Source: Minisyncoccota bacterium (GTDB taxonomy: Bacteria > Patescibacteriota > Minisyncoccia > Phycocordibacterales > UBA9973). From it: 64,000 nt of DNA. The stretch is from NCBI GenBank assembly GCA_041674285.1, contig JBAYVZ010000002.1, positions 14,600 to 78,599 of the forward strand, read 5' to 3'. The first letter of the stretch is position 1. Each line of letters opens with the position of its first letter. Below the pieces are notes generated by a model. That model was not told the DNA's origin and made no database searches. It saw only the letters and a program-made list of their open reading frames with translations. Positions 17,960 to 28,013 of this stretch are shown in pieces. A program made the translations under genes and the position numbers.

Positions 17960-19168
17960 TTATTTCCACTTTTTATATTTATTTAAAATCTTTTCAAGAG
18001 ATGAAATTAGATAGTCTAAGTCTGACTTTTTTGTGTCTCTACCGAGAGTAATACGTATAGAGTCATTATAATTTTCACGGAGCGCACGGATCACATGAGA
18101 ACCCTCGTCGCTATCTGCAGAGCAAGCAGATCGCTCGGATACGGCCATACCCCGCGCGTCGAGCTCTATCACTAGTAGTTCACTTGAAATACCCTCTACT
18201 GTGATATTTATATTATTCGGCAAACGATTTTCAATATCACCATTTAAAAATATTTTATACCCGACTTTTTCTCCGAGGTTCAATAATTTTGAGATAGTAT
18301 AATCACGCAGAGATGTAATTCTAACTATTTCTTTATTTTTAATTTTATTTGTGACGCGCAGGGCCTCTGCCAATCCGGCAATAGCTGGTACATTCTCTGT
18401 GCCAGAACGCAACCCACCCTCTTGTCCACCACCAGCATACAATGGAGACAATTCTATTCCTCTTTTTTTATATAGAACACCTACACCTTTTGGTCCATAA
18501 ATCTTTGTACTATTAAAAGACATCATATCTACACCTAGCCTGTCTACATTTTCAGTATCTAGATAATTCATCACCTGGGCAGCATCTGTATGGAACAAAG
18601 GAAATTCGTGCGTATTTCCGGAATGCTTTTTATAATGCCTAATCTCTTTTGCAATATCACGAATTGGTTGGATTGTTCCAATTTCATTGTTTGCATACAT
18701 CACAGATACGAGGACGGTATTCTCCTTTATCGCATCACGAATTTTTCTTGGGTCTACTATTCCATTTTCTTCGACGCTCACATACGTGACTTCTGCTTCG
18801 CCATGATTCTCGAGCATCTTGCAATTCTCAAGGACCGCAGAGTGCTCGATATTTGTAGTGACGATGTGAGGTATCAAGCTTTTTGTTGATAGCTTTTTGC
18901 TATTTGCACATACTACTCCCAAAATAGCCAAGGCATCAGATTCAGTACCAGAACCTGTAAAAAATATTTCATCCGGCAGAGCATTTATAGAGCTAGCGAT
19001 TGATTTACGAGATTCTTCCACGATATTTCGAGCAAAAACACCCCCACTATATATAGCACTAGGATTAAGCTCGACTTTGCGAGCTTGTTCAGATACAACT
19101 TTTGCTACCCTTTTATCAATAGGGGTCATAGATGCATAATCTAAATAGATTTTCCTCTTTTGAAACAT
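17960..19168 (-). CDS. Cysteine desulfurase (IscS/NifS family)
   Basis: IYLDYAS, EH.AV, NNEIGT, HTDAAQ, K.YGPKG, RSGTEN, SAC motifs. Confidence 0.93.
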   Translation of the reverse strand: MFQKRKIYLDYASMTPIDKRVAKVVSEQARKVELNPSAIYSGGVFARNIVEESRKSIASSINALPDEIFFTGSGTESDALAILGVVCANSKKLSTKSLIPHIVTTNIEHSAVLENCKMLENHGEAEVTYVSVEENGIVDPRKIRDAIKENTVLVSVMYANNEIGTIQPIRDIAKEIRHYKKHSGNTHEFPLFHTDAAQVMNYLDTENVDRLGVDMMSFNSTKIYGPKGVGVLYKKRGIELSPLYAGGGQEGGLRSGTENVPAIAGLAEALRVTNKIKNKEIVRITSLRDYTISKLLNLGEKVGYKIFLNGDIENRLPNNINITVEGISSELLVIELDARGMAVSERSACSADSDEGSHVIRALRENYNDSIRITLGRDTKKSDLDYLISSLEKILNKYKKWK

Positions 19169-19185
19169 TATGTACCTACTATATC

Positions 19186-19314
19186 ACGAAACCCCTCCTC
19201 AGTCCTCCTTACAGGAGCTATACACCTTTCGCATCTGAATACAGAATGCTCAAGGTCTTGCGCTTGGGTCCCTATTGTCCCAAGCTCACCCCTTGGCAGG
19301 AGGAGGAAGTTCTC
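19186..19314 (-). ncRNA. Unnamed structured RNA/DNA element upstream of cysteine desulfurase
   Basis: Closing stem CCTCCTC/GAGGAGG with three internal hairpins; core motifs identical to 2333-2400. Confidence 0.55.
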
Positions 19315-19355
19315 ATTGTAAAAAATGATTATTTGTTGTATACTACTCACTATCT

Positions 19356-19799
19356 ATGAGTATCACTATCCTTACATATATACTTGGATTTTTTATTGCC
19401 ATTCTTCTTGGATGGATAACTTATCTACATATACGTATGAAGCGTCTTTTTATGGGCACAAAAGCAAAAGACCTCGAGGATGTGATGTACACCCTAGGTA
19501 AGCACACAGAACAACTAGAAATAACACAGAGAGAGATCAATCGTCACCTAGAGCATCTAGACAACAAAATGAAAAAGACTATCCGAGGTGTGGAGACTAT
19601 CCGATTCAATCCATTCCCTGACCATGGCAGCAATCAATCATTTGCTATTTCATTTATAAATGATGAAGGAGATGGAGTAGTTATGTCTAGTCTATACGCT
19701 CGTGATCGAATGAGTATATTTGCAAAACCAATAAAAGGAGGCAAATCAGACTATGAACTTTCTGAAGAAGAGAAAGACGTTTTAAATAAAACAAAATAA
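19356..19799 (+). CDS. DUF4446-like membrane-anchored protein
   Basis: N-terminal TM, coiled coil, RFNPF..GSNQSFA...G.V.SSL..R...FAKP...G.S.Y.LS.EE. Confidence 0.8.
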   Translation: MSITILTYILGFFIAILLGWITYLHIRMKRLFMGTKAKDLEDVMYTLGKHTEQLEITQREINRHLEHLDNKMKKTIRGVETIRFNPFPDHGSNQSFAISFINDEGDGVVMSSLYARDRMSIFAKPIKGGKSDYELSEEEKDVLNKTK

Positions 19800-19804
19800 A
19801 CAAT

Positions 19805-21304
19805 ATGTCAGAAAACAAAACACAAACAAATAGACCACCGGTAGTTGTGGTGATGGGACACGTCGACCACGGAAAGTCGACGCTTCTTGACTATATCCGC
19901 AAGTCAAACATAGTAGACGGAGAAGCAGGAGGAATCACTCAGCATATTTCTGCGTATGAGGTAACACACAAAGACGAGGGAGGTGCAGATCAAAAGATTA
20001 CATTCCTAGATACCCCAGGTCACGAGGCTTTTTCTAAAATGCGTGCACGAGGAGCATCTGCTGCTGATATCGCGATTCTAGTAGTATCGGCTGAAGACTC
20101 AGTCAAAGCTCAGACTCTAGAGGCTTACAATACAATCATCGACAGCAAAGTACCCTACATCGTAGCTATCAACAAGATAGACAAACCCAATGCGAACATC
20201 GAAAAGACAAAGATGGACCTAGTAGAAAAAGGTATATACCTAGAAGGTATGGGTGGAGATATACCGTTTGTTCCAATCTCTGCAAAATCAGGAGCAGGCA
20301 TACCAGAACTACTAGATATGATCCTACTCGTCGCAGATATGAACTTATACACAGGAGATAAAAAGTTGGGTGCATCTGGTGTCATCATCGAGGCAAACCG
20401 TGATCCAAAACGTGGAATCACAGCTACCTGTCTAATCAAGAATGGAACTGTTAAAAACGGCATGTTCGTAGTAGCCGGCAATGCGATAGTAGCTACACGT
20501 ATCATGGAAAATTTTCTAGGTAAACCTATAAAAGAAGCCACATTCTCATCCCCTATCCGCCTTGTAGGTTTTGATATCATGCCCGAGGTAGGTAGTACTT
20601 TTGATACTTTTGAAAGTAAAAAAGAAGCAGAAAAATTCCAAGTTGAAATGCGTGAACTGGTAAACAAAAAAGCAAATACAAAAACAGAAAGATTTGAAGG
20701 TAAAGTAATTCCTATTATAGTCAAGACAGATGTAGCAGGCACAGCAGAAGCTCTAGAAAAGGAAATGTCTAAACTAAACACAGCAGATATATCTTTCAAG
20801 ATTATTTCTTGCGGAGTAGGTGCCATATCTGAGACTGATCTGAAGATGGCAAGCTCTGACAAAGAGAGTGTCGTCGTAGGATTCACAGTCAAGATGGATA
20901 GAGGTGCTGCAGATCTGAACGAGACATTGAAGGTAAATGTGCAGAGTTTCGACATTATCTATAAACTCACAGACTGGCTAAAGGAGCTCGTAGAAGAGCG
21001 CCGCCCAAGATCAGAGACCCAAGAAGTCACAGGTGCGGTAAAGATATTGAAGACTTTTAGTGCTACAAAGGACAAGCAAGTAATCGGTGGAAAAGTCACA
21101 GAAGGCCGTATCACCCTAGGTGGTATCGTGCGTATCATACGTCGTGAAAATGAGATCGGCCGTGGCAAGATAGTAGAGCTACAAGCTGGTAAAATAAAAT
21201 CCAAGGAAGTTCTAGAAGGTAATGAATGTGGAATGCAAGTTGAATCTAAAATAGAGATATCTGGAGGAGATGTACTAGAAGCATTCACAACAGTTATTAA
21301 GTAA
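19805..21304 (+). CDS. infB: Translation initiation factor IF-2 (short form lacking N-terminal domains)
   Basis: RPPVVVVMGHVDHGKS, GGITQHI, DTPGHEAF, NKID. Confidence 0.97.
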   Translation: MSENKTQTNRPPVVVVMGHVDHGKSTLLDYIRKSNIVDGEAGGITQHISAYEVTHKDEGGADQKITFLDTPGHEAFSKMRARGASAADIAILVVSAEDSVKAQTLEAYNTIIDSKVPYIVAINKIDKPNANIEKTKMDLVEKGIYLEGMGGDIPFVPISAKSGAGIPELLDMILLVADMNLYTGDKKLGASGVIIEANRDPKRGITATCLIKNGTVKNGMFVVAGNAIVATRIMENFLGKPIKEATFSSPIRLVGFDIMPEVGSTFDTFESKKEAEKFQVEMRELVNKKANTKTERFEGKVIPIIVKTDVAGTAEALEKEMSKLNTADISFKIISCGVGAISETDLKMASSDKESVVVGFTVKMDRGAADLNETLKVNVQSFDIIYKLTDWLKELVEERRPRSETQEVTGAVKILKTFSATKDKQVIGGKVTEGRITLGGIVRIIRRENEIGRGKIVELQAGKIKSKEVLEGNECGMQVESKIEISGGDVLEAFTTVIK

Positions 21305-21396
21305 TTTTTAATGATAAATTTTAAATTTTATAAATAATCATTAAATGTTTCAATTTTTAAAAATTAAAAAATTAAAAATTCAAAAATTTTAACCTT

Positions 21397-21723
21397 ATGG
21401 CAAATCACAGAGACGAAAAAATAACATCAAGAATACGAGAACTGGCAGCTACCTTTATTGAGAAAGAAGGTGGTATTTCTTCATTAATCACTGTCACTGG
21501 AGTAGAGATGACTCCAGACGGCAGGAATGCAAAGATATTAATAACCGCACTTCCAGCAGACAAAGAGCAAGCTGCATATGGATTCGTGAAGAGAAATCTT
21601 GGTGAAATGCGTACATTTATCATGAAGCAACTCAAGATTCACCCTATTCCATATCTTGATGTAGCAATCGACCTCGGAGAAAAGAATCGCCAAAAAATTG
21701 ACGAATTACTCAAAAACGGTTAG
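21397..21723 (+). CDS. rbfA: Ribosome-binding factor A
   Basis: ITVTGVEMTPD, P.L...D motif, follows infB. Confidence 0.85.
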   Translation: MANHRDEKITSRIRELAATFIEKEGGISSLITVTGVEMTPDGRNAKILITALPADKEQAAYGFVKRNLGEMRTFIMKQLKIHPIPYLDVAIDLGEKNRQKIDELLKNG

Positions 21724-21750
21724 TATGTAAAGGCACAATGATGTAATGAA

Positions 21751-21822
21751 GGCCTAGTGGCCAAGTGGTAAGGCAAAGATCTGCAAAATCTTTATACGGC
21801 GGTTCGATTCCGCCCTAGGCCT
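21751..21822 (+). tRNA. tRNA-Cys(GCA)
   Basis: GGCCTAG/CTAGGCC, AAGAT-CT-GCA-AA-ATCTT, GGCGG-TTCGATT-CCGCC. Confidence 0.95.
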
Positions 21823-21853
21823 CAGGGTGCATTAGGTATTGAAAAGTAAATAT

Positions 21854-21937
21854 GCCGGGGTGGCGAAATTGGTAGACGCACTTGCCTTAGGAGCAAGCGA
21901 GGTTACACTCATGGAAGTTCAAGTCTTCTCCCCGGCA
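21854..21937 (+). tRNA. tRNA-Leu(TAG)
   Basis: GCCGGGG/CCCCGGC, CTTGC-CT-TAG-GA-GCAAG, long variable arm, TTCAAGT T-loop. Confidence 0.95.
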
Positions 21938-22103
21938 CAATAAAAAAGACCCTTTAGTGGGTCTTTTTTATTGTGCACACGATTTATTCGTGTGACACAA
22001 AAATACTTTTTTGTGTGGGGAGAAGCTTGAAAGACGGAGGCTGTCGAGCCGAGTCGGGGTCGCGCAAATTTTCACCATAAAATTATGTGTGACCAAGTCT
22101 TCT
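21938..22103 (+). repeat. tRNA-appended structured element (same layout as after tRNA-Gln)
   Basis: ggggagaagcttgaa (22017-22031) is the reverse complement of tRNA 21918-21933 with one gap; caagtcttct repeated at 22094-22103. Confidence 0.75.
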
Positions 22104-22165
22104 AATTTAAATAAAAAAGACCCCAGTTTCTCAACTGAGGTCTTTTTTCATTTAGTTTACTGCTA

Positions 22166-22567
22166 CTATCGTAGCAAGGTAACTTCTTTACCGATAACTC
22201 TTACTGCAACAATGGTGCTATCGTTGATGATACTACTTGCAGTAGCACTATCAACCTCCAAATTGTATGCAAGTCCATCCTTGGAATTAATTTTTAAAGA
22301 CAAATTCCATGAATTTAAGGGTATCGCATAGGATACACTCATAGGTATCCCAATAATTTCAATAGGTGTACCTTGCAATTCGCCATCCTCCCCAATGGAA
22401 AACCCAGGGTCGATGTCTTTTTGTGGCTCCAAAGATATGGAATCTTTTTTAGCTTTCTCGGCAGCCTCCCACTCCTTGAGTTTTTTACCAGACATACTCT
22501 CACCACCACAACTCATCATTACGGCCATCATCCCGACAGCGGCAATGTAAAAGATTAACTTCTTCAT
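22166..22567 (-). CDS. Hypothetical lipoprotein (ORFan)
   Basis: MKKLIFYIAAVGMMAVMMSC lipoprotein-type signal; the promoter position supports the start at 22567. Confidence 0.65.
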   Translation of the reverse strand: MKKLIFYIAAVGMMAVMMSCGGESMSGKKLKEWEAAEKAKKDSISLEPQKDIDPGFSIGEDGELQGTPIEIIGIPMSVSYAIPLNSWNLSLKINSKDGLAYNLEVDSATASSIINDSTIVAVRVIGKEVTLLR

Positions 22568-22591
22568 GCTTTTTATAAATAATTTGTGTAT

Positions 22592-22620
22592 ATTATACAC
22601 CTAAAATGCATTTTTGTCAA
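22592..22620 (-). promoter_or_regulatory. Consensus sigma70 promoter
   Basis: TTGACA-17-TATAAT on the minus strand. Confidence 0.75.
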
Positions 22621-22699
22621 TATATCTATTCAACCTTTATTTATCAATAAATCCCCTCTTTTTCTTGCATTTTACCCCCAAATAAGGTAGTATATACAT

Positions 22700-22933
22700 A
22701 TGACGATTATTGCTAACCTATTACCGTATATACAGATTATCTTGTCTGTTATTTTGGTTGTTGCTATATTACTCCAGCAATCCGACAGTGGTGCCGGTGG
22801 TGCTTTTGGAGGCGGAGACAGTGGTGCTCTATTCCACACACGCCGCGGATTCGAAAAGATCCTATTTATAACTACAATTATAATCAGCATACTTTTTGCT
22901 GCTTCAGCTTTTATTGCGATACTCGTTAAGTAA
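22700..22933 (+). CDS. secG: Preprotein translocase subunit SecG
   Basis: TM-ILLQ-GAGGAFGG...TRRGFEK-TM. Confidence 0.92.
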   Translation: MTIIANLLPYIQIILSVILVVAILLQQSDSGAGGAFGGGDSGALFHTRRGFEKILFITTIIISILFAASAFIAILVK

Positions 22934-22993
22934 ATCGTTTACTTAATTATTAAACTCACATAGCGGGGATACCCCTCTCTATTCTATTTTACA

Positions 22994-24802
22994 ATGCAAT
23001 CATTTTTTTCATTTATAAAAGATTTCAAATTACCAAACAAAACAGAAATTAAAAATTCTTTTAACAGACTGACTCCAAAGCAACTGGCTTTATTCTTTTT
23101 ATCCTGCGTAGTGGCTCTGTCTATGTTCACGACTATTCTAGCAAAGGTAAACAATTACTACATGGTATCCATCCCAAAAACTGGTGGTAGCATGTCCGAA
23201 GGTATAATAGGAATACCTACATTCGTGAATCCAGTACTGGCAGTATCTAGTGCAGACAAGGACATGACTACACTAGTATATTCAGGACTTATGAGAAAGA
23301 TGCCCGATGGATCTATCATTCCTGACCTTGCAAAATCATACGAAGTTTCGAACAACGGATTAACATATACTTTTACACTAAAAGACAACCTATCATTCCA
23401 CGACAAGGAACCTCTATCTGCAGATGATATTATATTCACAATAGAGAAGATTAAGGATCCATTGATAAAGAGCCCACGAAAAGCACAGTGGGATAGTATA
23501 GAAGTATCAAAAATAGACGAAAAGACCGTGGCTTTTTATCTAAAACAGCCATACGCATCATTCCTAGGGAACAATGCGACTTTGGGAATACTGCCGAATC
23601 ATATATGGAAAAATATTGGATCTTCCGAGTTCCCTCTTTCGGGATTCAATATCAAAGCTATAGGTACAGGTCCATACATGATCGATAGTATTTCAAAAAG
23701 CAAAGACGGGACTCCCGAGACATACTCACTTTCTCGATTTAAAAAATTTGCATTAGGTGCTCCGAATATAAAAACAGTAGATATAACCTCATACTCAAAT
23801 GAAAAAGATTTAGTTGATGCATTATTAGGTGGTGACATAGACCAAGCTGGAGGAATAAGCCCTGAAAATACAGACAAGGTGATTAAGAATGGATACACAG
23901 TTCACACATCCACCCTACCTCGTATGTTTGGATTATTCTTTAATCAAAACAAGAACAATATTTTCTCGGATAAGGCGGTAATCAATGCAATGGAAAAAGC
24001 CCTAGACAAGCAATCCATTGTAGACACAGTGCTATATGGTCACGGCACTACGATAGATAACCCTATCCCAGCAACAATATTGTCAAAAGAAATAATAAGT
24101 GAATCTTATTCAATTGATGAGGCTAACAAGATTCTAGACAATGCTGGTTGGATAAAAGGTGAAGACGGATACCGCACAAAAGGTGGAACCACAAGGACGG
24201 TAACTACTACATCAAAGGTCAAAGGTAAAACTGTAAAGAAAACCAGCACAGTTTCCACTGGACCCAAGATTGCGCTGTCTTTCTCAATAACAACTGGAGA
24301 CGATACAGAGCTAGATCGTGCTGCAAGCATAATAGCAAGCCAGCTAAAAGAGATCGGGGTGCGAGTTGAGATAAAGAATTATGACATGGGGGCATTAAAC
24401 AATCTGATCCGTTCCAGGGATTATGATAGTCTATTTTTTGGTCAGATTGTAAACAATGACTCAGATCTTTATGCCTTCTGGCATTCATCACAGAGGACAG
24501 ACCCCGGACTGAATATTGCCATGTACTCAAATTCTACAGTTGACGCAATACTCGAAAAATCAAGTAAAACATTACAAGAAGAAGAAAAAGAAAATCTTTA
24601 TAAAATTTTTATAAAAGAATTCAAAAAAGACAAACCAGCATTATTTATATATTCACCACAGTATATATACGCAACGAAAAATGACGTAACCAATGTAGTA
24701 CTACCAGCACTCAATGCATCGTCTAATCGTTTTGTATCTATATACACATGGTACGCAGAAACAGACCGTGTATGGAGAATATTTGCTAAAGAAAATAATT
24801 AA
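22994..24802 (+). CDS. Peptide ABC transporter substrate-binding protein (family 5)
   Basis: LVYSGL, PDLA, YTFTL, FHD, GTGPY, WHSSQ motifs. Confidence 0.9.
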   Translation: MQSFFSFIKDFKLPNKTEIKNSFNRLTPKQLALFFLSCVVALSMFTTILAKVNNYYMVSIPKTGGSMSEGIIGIPTFVNPVLAVSSADKDMTTLVYSGLMRKMPDGSIIPDLAKSYEVSNNGLTYTFTLKDNLSFHDKEPLSADDIIFTIEKIKDPLIKSPRKAQWDSIEVSKIDEKTVAFYLKQPYASFLGNNATLGILPNHIWKNIGSSEFPLSGFNIKAIGTGPYMIDSISKSKDGTPETYSLSRFKKFALGAPNIKTVDITSYSNEKDLVDALLGGDIDQAGGISPENTDKVIKNGYTVHTSTLPRMFGLFFNQNKNNIFSDKAVINAMEKALDKQSIVDTVLYGHGTTIDNPIPATILSKEIISESYSIDEANKILDNAGWIKGEDGYRTKGGTTRTVTTTSKVKGKTVKKTSTVSTGPKIALSFSITTGDDTELDRAASIIASQLKEIGVRVEIKNYDMGALNNLIRSRDYDSLFFGQIVNNDSDLYAFWHSSQRTDPGLNIAMYSNSTVDAILEKSSKTLQEEEKENLYKIFIKEFKKDKPALFIYSPQYIYATKNDVTNVVLPALNASSNRFVSIYTWYAETDRVWRIFAKENN

Positions 24803-24844
24803 CAATTTAAAAAGTATCCGCCAATGGCGCGATAAACAACAATT

Positions 24845-26833
24845 ATGAATGAAATAAAAAAACCGACAAGAAATGAAGAGAGGAAAACTGTTGGAGGCGG
24901 TCGTCCGATGCGGACACCACAAATACGTGTAGCACAAAAATCAAGCACTCCTCAACCAACAAAACCAACACAGAATACAAATCAAAACAATAAAAACAGA
25001 GGACCCCAGCAGAGAAACAATCAAAACCCAAAAAAGATAAACCGTGGAAGTTATCAATATGGGAGCAAAAATGGTGGTCGTCGCCCCCATGCTACACCTG
25101 GTGCGCACGCACCAAGACCTAGCACAAAAAAGCAGTCGACAATACCAGCCCCAGCAGAAGGAGTTGTGCGTATTATTCCACTTGGTGGAGTAGAAGAGAT
25201 CGGCAAGAATATGACAGCCATCGAAATCGGTAATGATATAATCGTCATCGATGCTGGGATGCAATTTAAGACTGAAGATACGCCAGGTATCGACTATATA
25301 ATCCCAAACACTACATATCTAGAAGAGCGCAAGGATAAAATCCGAGCTATGTTTGTGACCCACGGCCACCTAGACCACATAGGAGGTATCCCCCTCGTTA
25401 TGAGCCGTATCGGGAATCCCCCATTATATTCTAGAAATCTATCTATCTTATTGATGAAAAAGAGACAAGAAGAATTTCCTCATCTACCCGCATTAAAAGC
25501 TGAGATAGTAGAAAAGGATTCTGTGGTCACAGTAGGAAATATTCGCGTCAGATTCTTTGGTGTAACACACACAGTACCTGACTCTATGGGTATCATAGTA
25601 GAGACACCATATGGCTCAATAGTAACACCAGGAGACTACAAGTTAGACCAGATAGATGGAGTAGTATCAGATGAAGAAGAAAAAGAGTATGCATTTTTTG
25701 ATAAAGAAAATGTACTATGTCTCCTTACTGACTCTACAAATATCGAAAATGAAGGATTCTCACTACCTGAATCTCGAGTGAATGAAGGCCTAGGGAATCT
25801 CCTTACAAAATGCAACGGTCGTATAATTATCGCGGCTTTTGCTTCACATATAACCCGCCTAGTAAAGATTGTAGAAAAAGCAGAGTCACTAGGTAAAAAG
25901 GTAGTACTCGAAGGTAGGTCACTGAAGACAAATATGGAAGTATGTGAACAAGCAGGATTATTCACTCCGCAAAAAGGCACGATCATCCCCGTTGAAGATA
26001 TCGGCAACTACCCTCCGAACAAGATAGTAGTATTGATGACTGGTGCCCAAGGTGAAGAATTTGCCGCACTGAATCGTGCCGCAAATAAGACTCACAAGAA
26101 ATTCACAATTACAAAAGGAGACACTATTATCTTGTCTGCTTCTATTGTGCCAGGAAACGAAATATCTGTTCAAAAACTAAAAGACAATCTAGCTCGTCAC
26201 GGAGTAAAGATCATCAGTTACCGTACATCTGAGGAGACTATCCATGCTACAGGTCACGGAAACCAAGAGGATGTAAAATGGCTACACCGCAAGACTCACC
26301 CAAAATTCTTTATCCCAATACACGGATGGCACTCTATGCTTGTAAAACACAAGGAGATAGCTATGGAACTAGGAATGTCCGAAGACAACGTTATTGTTCC
26401 TGATAATGGATCTCTAATTGAAATCACTGACAACGGAACAAAGATTGGTGTTAGAAAAGAAAAAGCACCAGCGTCCCCTATGATGGTTGATGGATTCTCT
26501 GTCGGTGACGAACAAGAGGTAGTTATTCGTGATCGTGTCATGCTTGCACAAGATGGTATGTTTGTTCTTATTGCTACCATAGATTCTGTAAGCGGTAAAC
26601 TAAGGAAATCTCCAGATATAATCTCTCGTGGATTTATCTATCTAAAAGAAAACCAGGACCTACTACACCAAGTAAGATTGATAATCAAAAAGACAATCGA
26701 GGAAGGGACTCGTGATACCCACCCAGCAAATTTTGATTTAATCAAAACAACACTAGGTGACAATATATCTAAATTCCTATTCCAAAATACAGCAAAGCGA
26801 CCATTGGTGATACCGGTACTATTATCTGTATAA
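24845..26833 (+). CDS. rnj: Ribonuclease J
   Basis: PLGGVEEIGKN, THGHLDHIG, HATGH, PIHG; disordered N-terminal extension. Confidence 0.96.
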   Translation: MNEIKKPTRNEERKTVGGGRPMRTPQIRVAQKSSTPQPTKPTQNTNQNNKNRGPQQRNNQNPKKINRGSYQYGSKNGGRRPHATPGAHAPRPSTKKQSTIPAPAEGVVRIIPLGGVEEIGKNMTAIEIGNDIIVIDAGMQFKTEDTPGIDYIIPNTTYLEERKDKIRAMFVTHGHLDHIGGIPLVMSRIGNPPLYSRNLSILLMKKRQEEFPHLPALKAEIVEKDSVVTVGNIRVRFFGVTHTVPDSMGIIVETPYGSIVTPGDYKLDQIDGVVSDEEEKEYAFFDKENVLCLLTDSTNIENEGFSLPESRVNEGLGNLLTKCNGRIIIAAFASHITRLVKIVEKAESLGKKVVLEGRSLKTNMEVCEQAGLFTPQKGTIIPVEDIGNYPPNKIVVLMTGAQGEEFAALNRAANKTHKKFTITKGDTIILSASIVPGNEISVQKLKDNLARHGVKIISYRTSEETIHATGHGNQEDVKWLHRKTHPKFFIPIHGWHSMLVKHKEIAMELGMSEDNVIVPDNGSLIEITDNGTKIGVRKEKAPASPMMVDGFSVGDEQEVVIRDRVMLAQDGMFVLIATIDSVSGKLRKSPDIISRGFIYLKENQDLLHQVRLIIKKTIEEGTRDTHPANFDLIKTTLGDNISKFLFQNTAKRPLVIPVLLSV

Positions 26834-26834
26834 A

Positions 26835-28013
26835 ATGACGATCCAAAAGATACACAAAACATATATCCTGTCTTTCCTATTTGCTCTACATGTGGCCATC
26901 GCTGCATATATAAATTCGAGCTTCCTTACACAGATAGTATCTGAGAAATATGTAGGGCTGATATTCTCTATAGGGTCTATCATCTCACTTGTTTTCCTGT
27001 CCCAGAGTTCATCTATATTGAAAAGTTTTGGGAACAGAAAACTTGCATTATCTTTTATTTCGATGAATATATTGGGGGTACTGGGGATGATTTTATCGAA
27101 CCATCCGATACTCACCGGTATATCTTTTGTTGTTTTTAATGTTACAAATATATTATTCTTTTTCTGTATTGATATATTTGTAGAACATTTTAGCGAAAGG
27201 AGCACGATAGGAAAAGCTCGAGGAGTGTACCTGACTGTGTACAATATAGGATGGATGACTTCCCCATTTATTACAGGATTTCTAACTACATTAGGATATG
27301 GATACACTCCTGTATATATGATGTCATTGTTAATTGCATTAATAGTGATGATCGGATTTATATTCTGGATACCGTCATTCACAGATGCATCGTATGCCAA
27401 GGTACCATTTACCCAAGCTTACAAATTCCTCCGGGAAAAGCATCACCTTGGAGCTATCAATATAATCAATTTTATATTGCAATTCTTCTATGTGTGGATG
27501 GTCATATATACACCTATATACTTGATAGAACATATTGGTTTTACATGGAAGAGTCTATCTGTGATATTCACAGTCATGCTCATACCATTTGTAGTCATGC
27601 CTATCAGTATCAGTAGAGCGATAACACGATTTAATTTACACAAGACAAAGCTGATAATAATAGGGACATTGATTATGAGTTCTGCTACTGTACTCATTGC
27701 TTTTAATCATACGAATAGCATAGTATTGTGGGCAGTGCTCCTATGTATGACTCGCATTGGTGCATCGACAGTAGAAGCAGTATCAGAGATATACTTCTTT
27801 ACTCACGTAAAAGAAGAAGACGCTCACCTACTATCACTATTCCGAGATATGGCCCCACTATCCTACCTAGTAGCACCATTATTAGGAACTGCGGTACTGT
27901 CACTACTACCGTTTAATTATTTATTCATAGCATTAGGTATAATAGTACTATCTATACTATACTATGTACCTAGACTAAAACATTCATCAGATGAACTTCA
28001 CTTATCCAATTAG
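26835..28013 (+). CDS. MFS transporter
   Basis: About 12 hydrophobic segments over 392 aa. Confidence 0.8.
   Translation: MTIQKIHKTYILSFLFALHVAIAAYINSSFLTQIVSEKYVGLIFSIGSIISLVFLSQSSSILKSFGNRKLALSFISMNILGVLGMILSNHPILTGISFVVFNVTNILFFFCIDIFVEHFSERSTIGKARGVYLTVYNIGWMTSPFITGFLTTLGYGYTPVYMMSLLIALIVMIGFIFWIPSFTDASYAKVPFTQAYKFLREKHHLGAINIINFILQFFYVWMVIYTPIYLIEHIGFTWKSLSVIFTVMLIPFVVMPISISRAITRFNLHKTKLIIIGTLIMSSATVLIAFNHTNSIVLWAVLLCMTRIGASTVEAVSEIYFFTHVKEEDAHLLSLFRDMAPLSYLVAPLLGTAVLSLLPFNYLFIALGIIVLSILYYVPRLKHSSDELHLSN

Noticed and set aside
19186-19314. Identification as SRP RNA, 6S RNA, hammerhead ribozyme or SAM riboswitch; also the 60-aa and 75-aa ORFs here
   Set aside because: Required cores (SRP CAGG/AGCAG loop, hammerhead CUGANGA, 6S rod with central bubble) are not evident; the ORFs have no recognisable features.
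21303-21395. AT-rich AAAAATT/AATTTTT repeats between infB and rbfA
   Set aside because: Low complexity; no specific structure or function can be supported.
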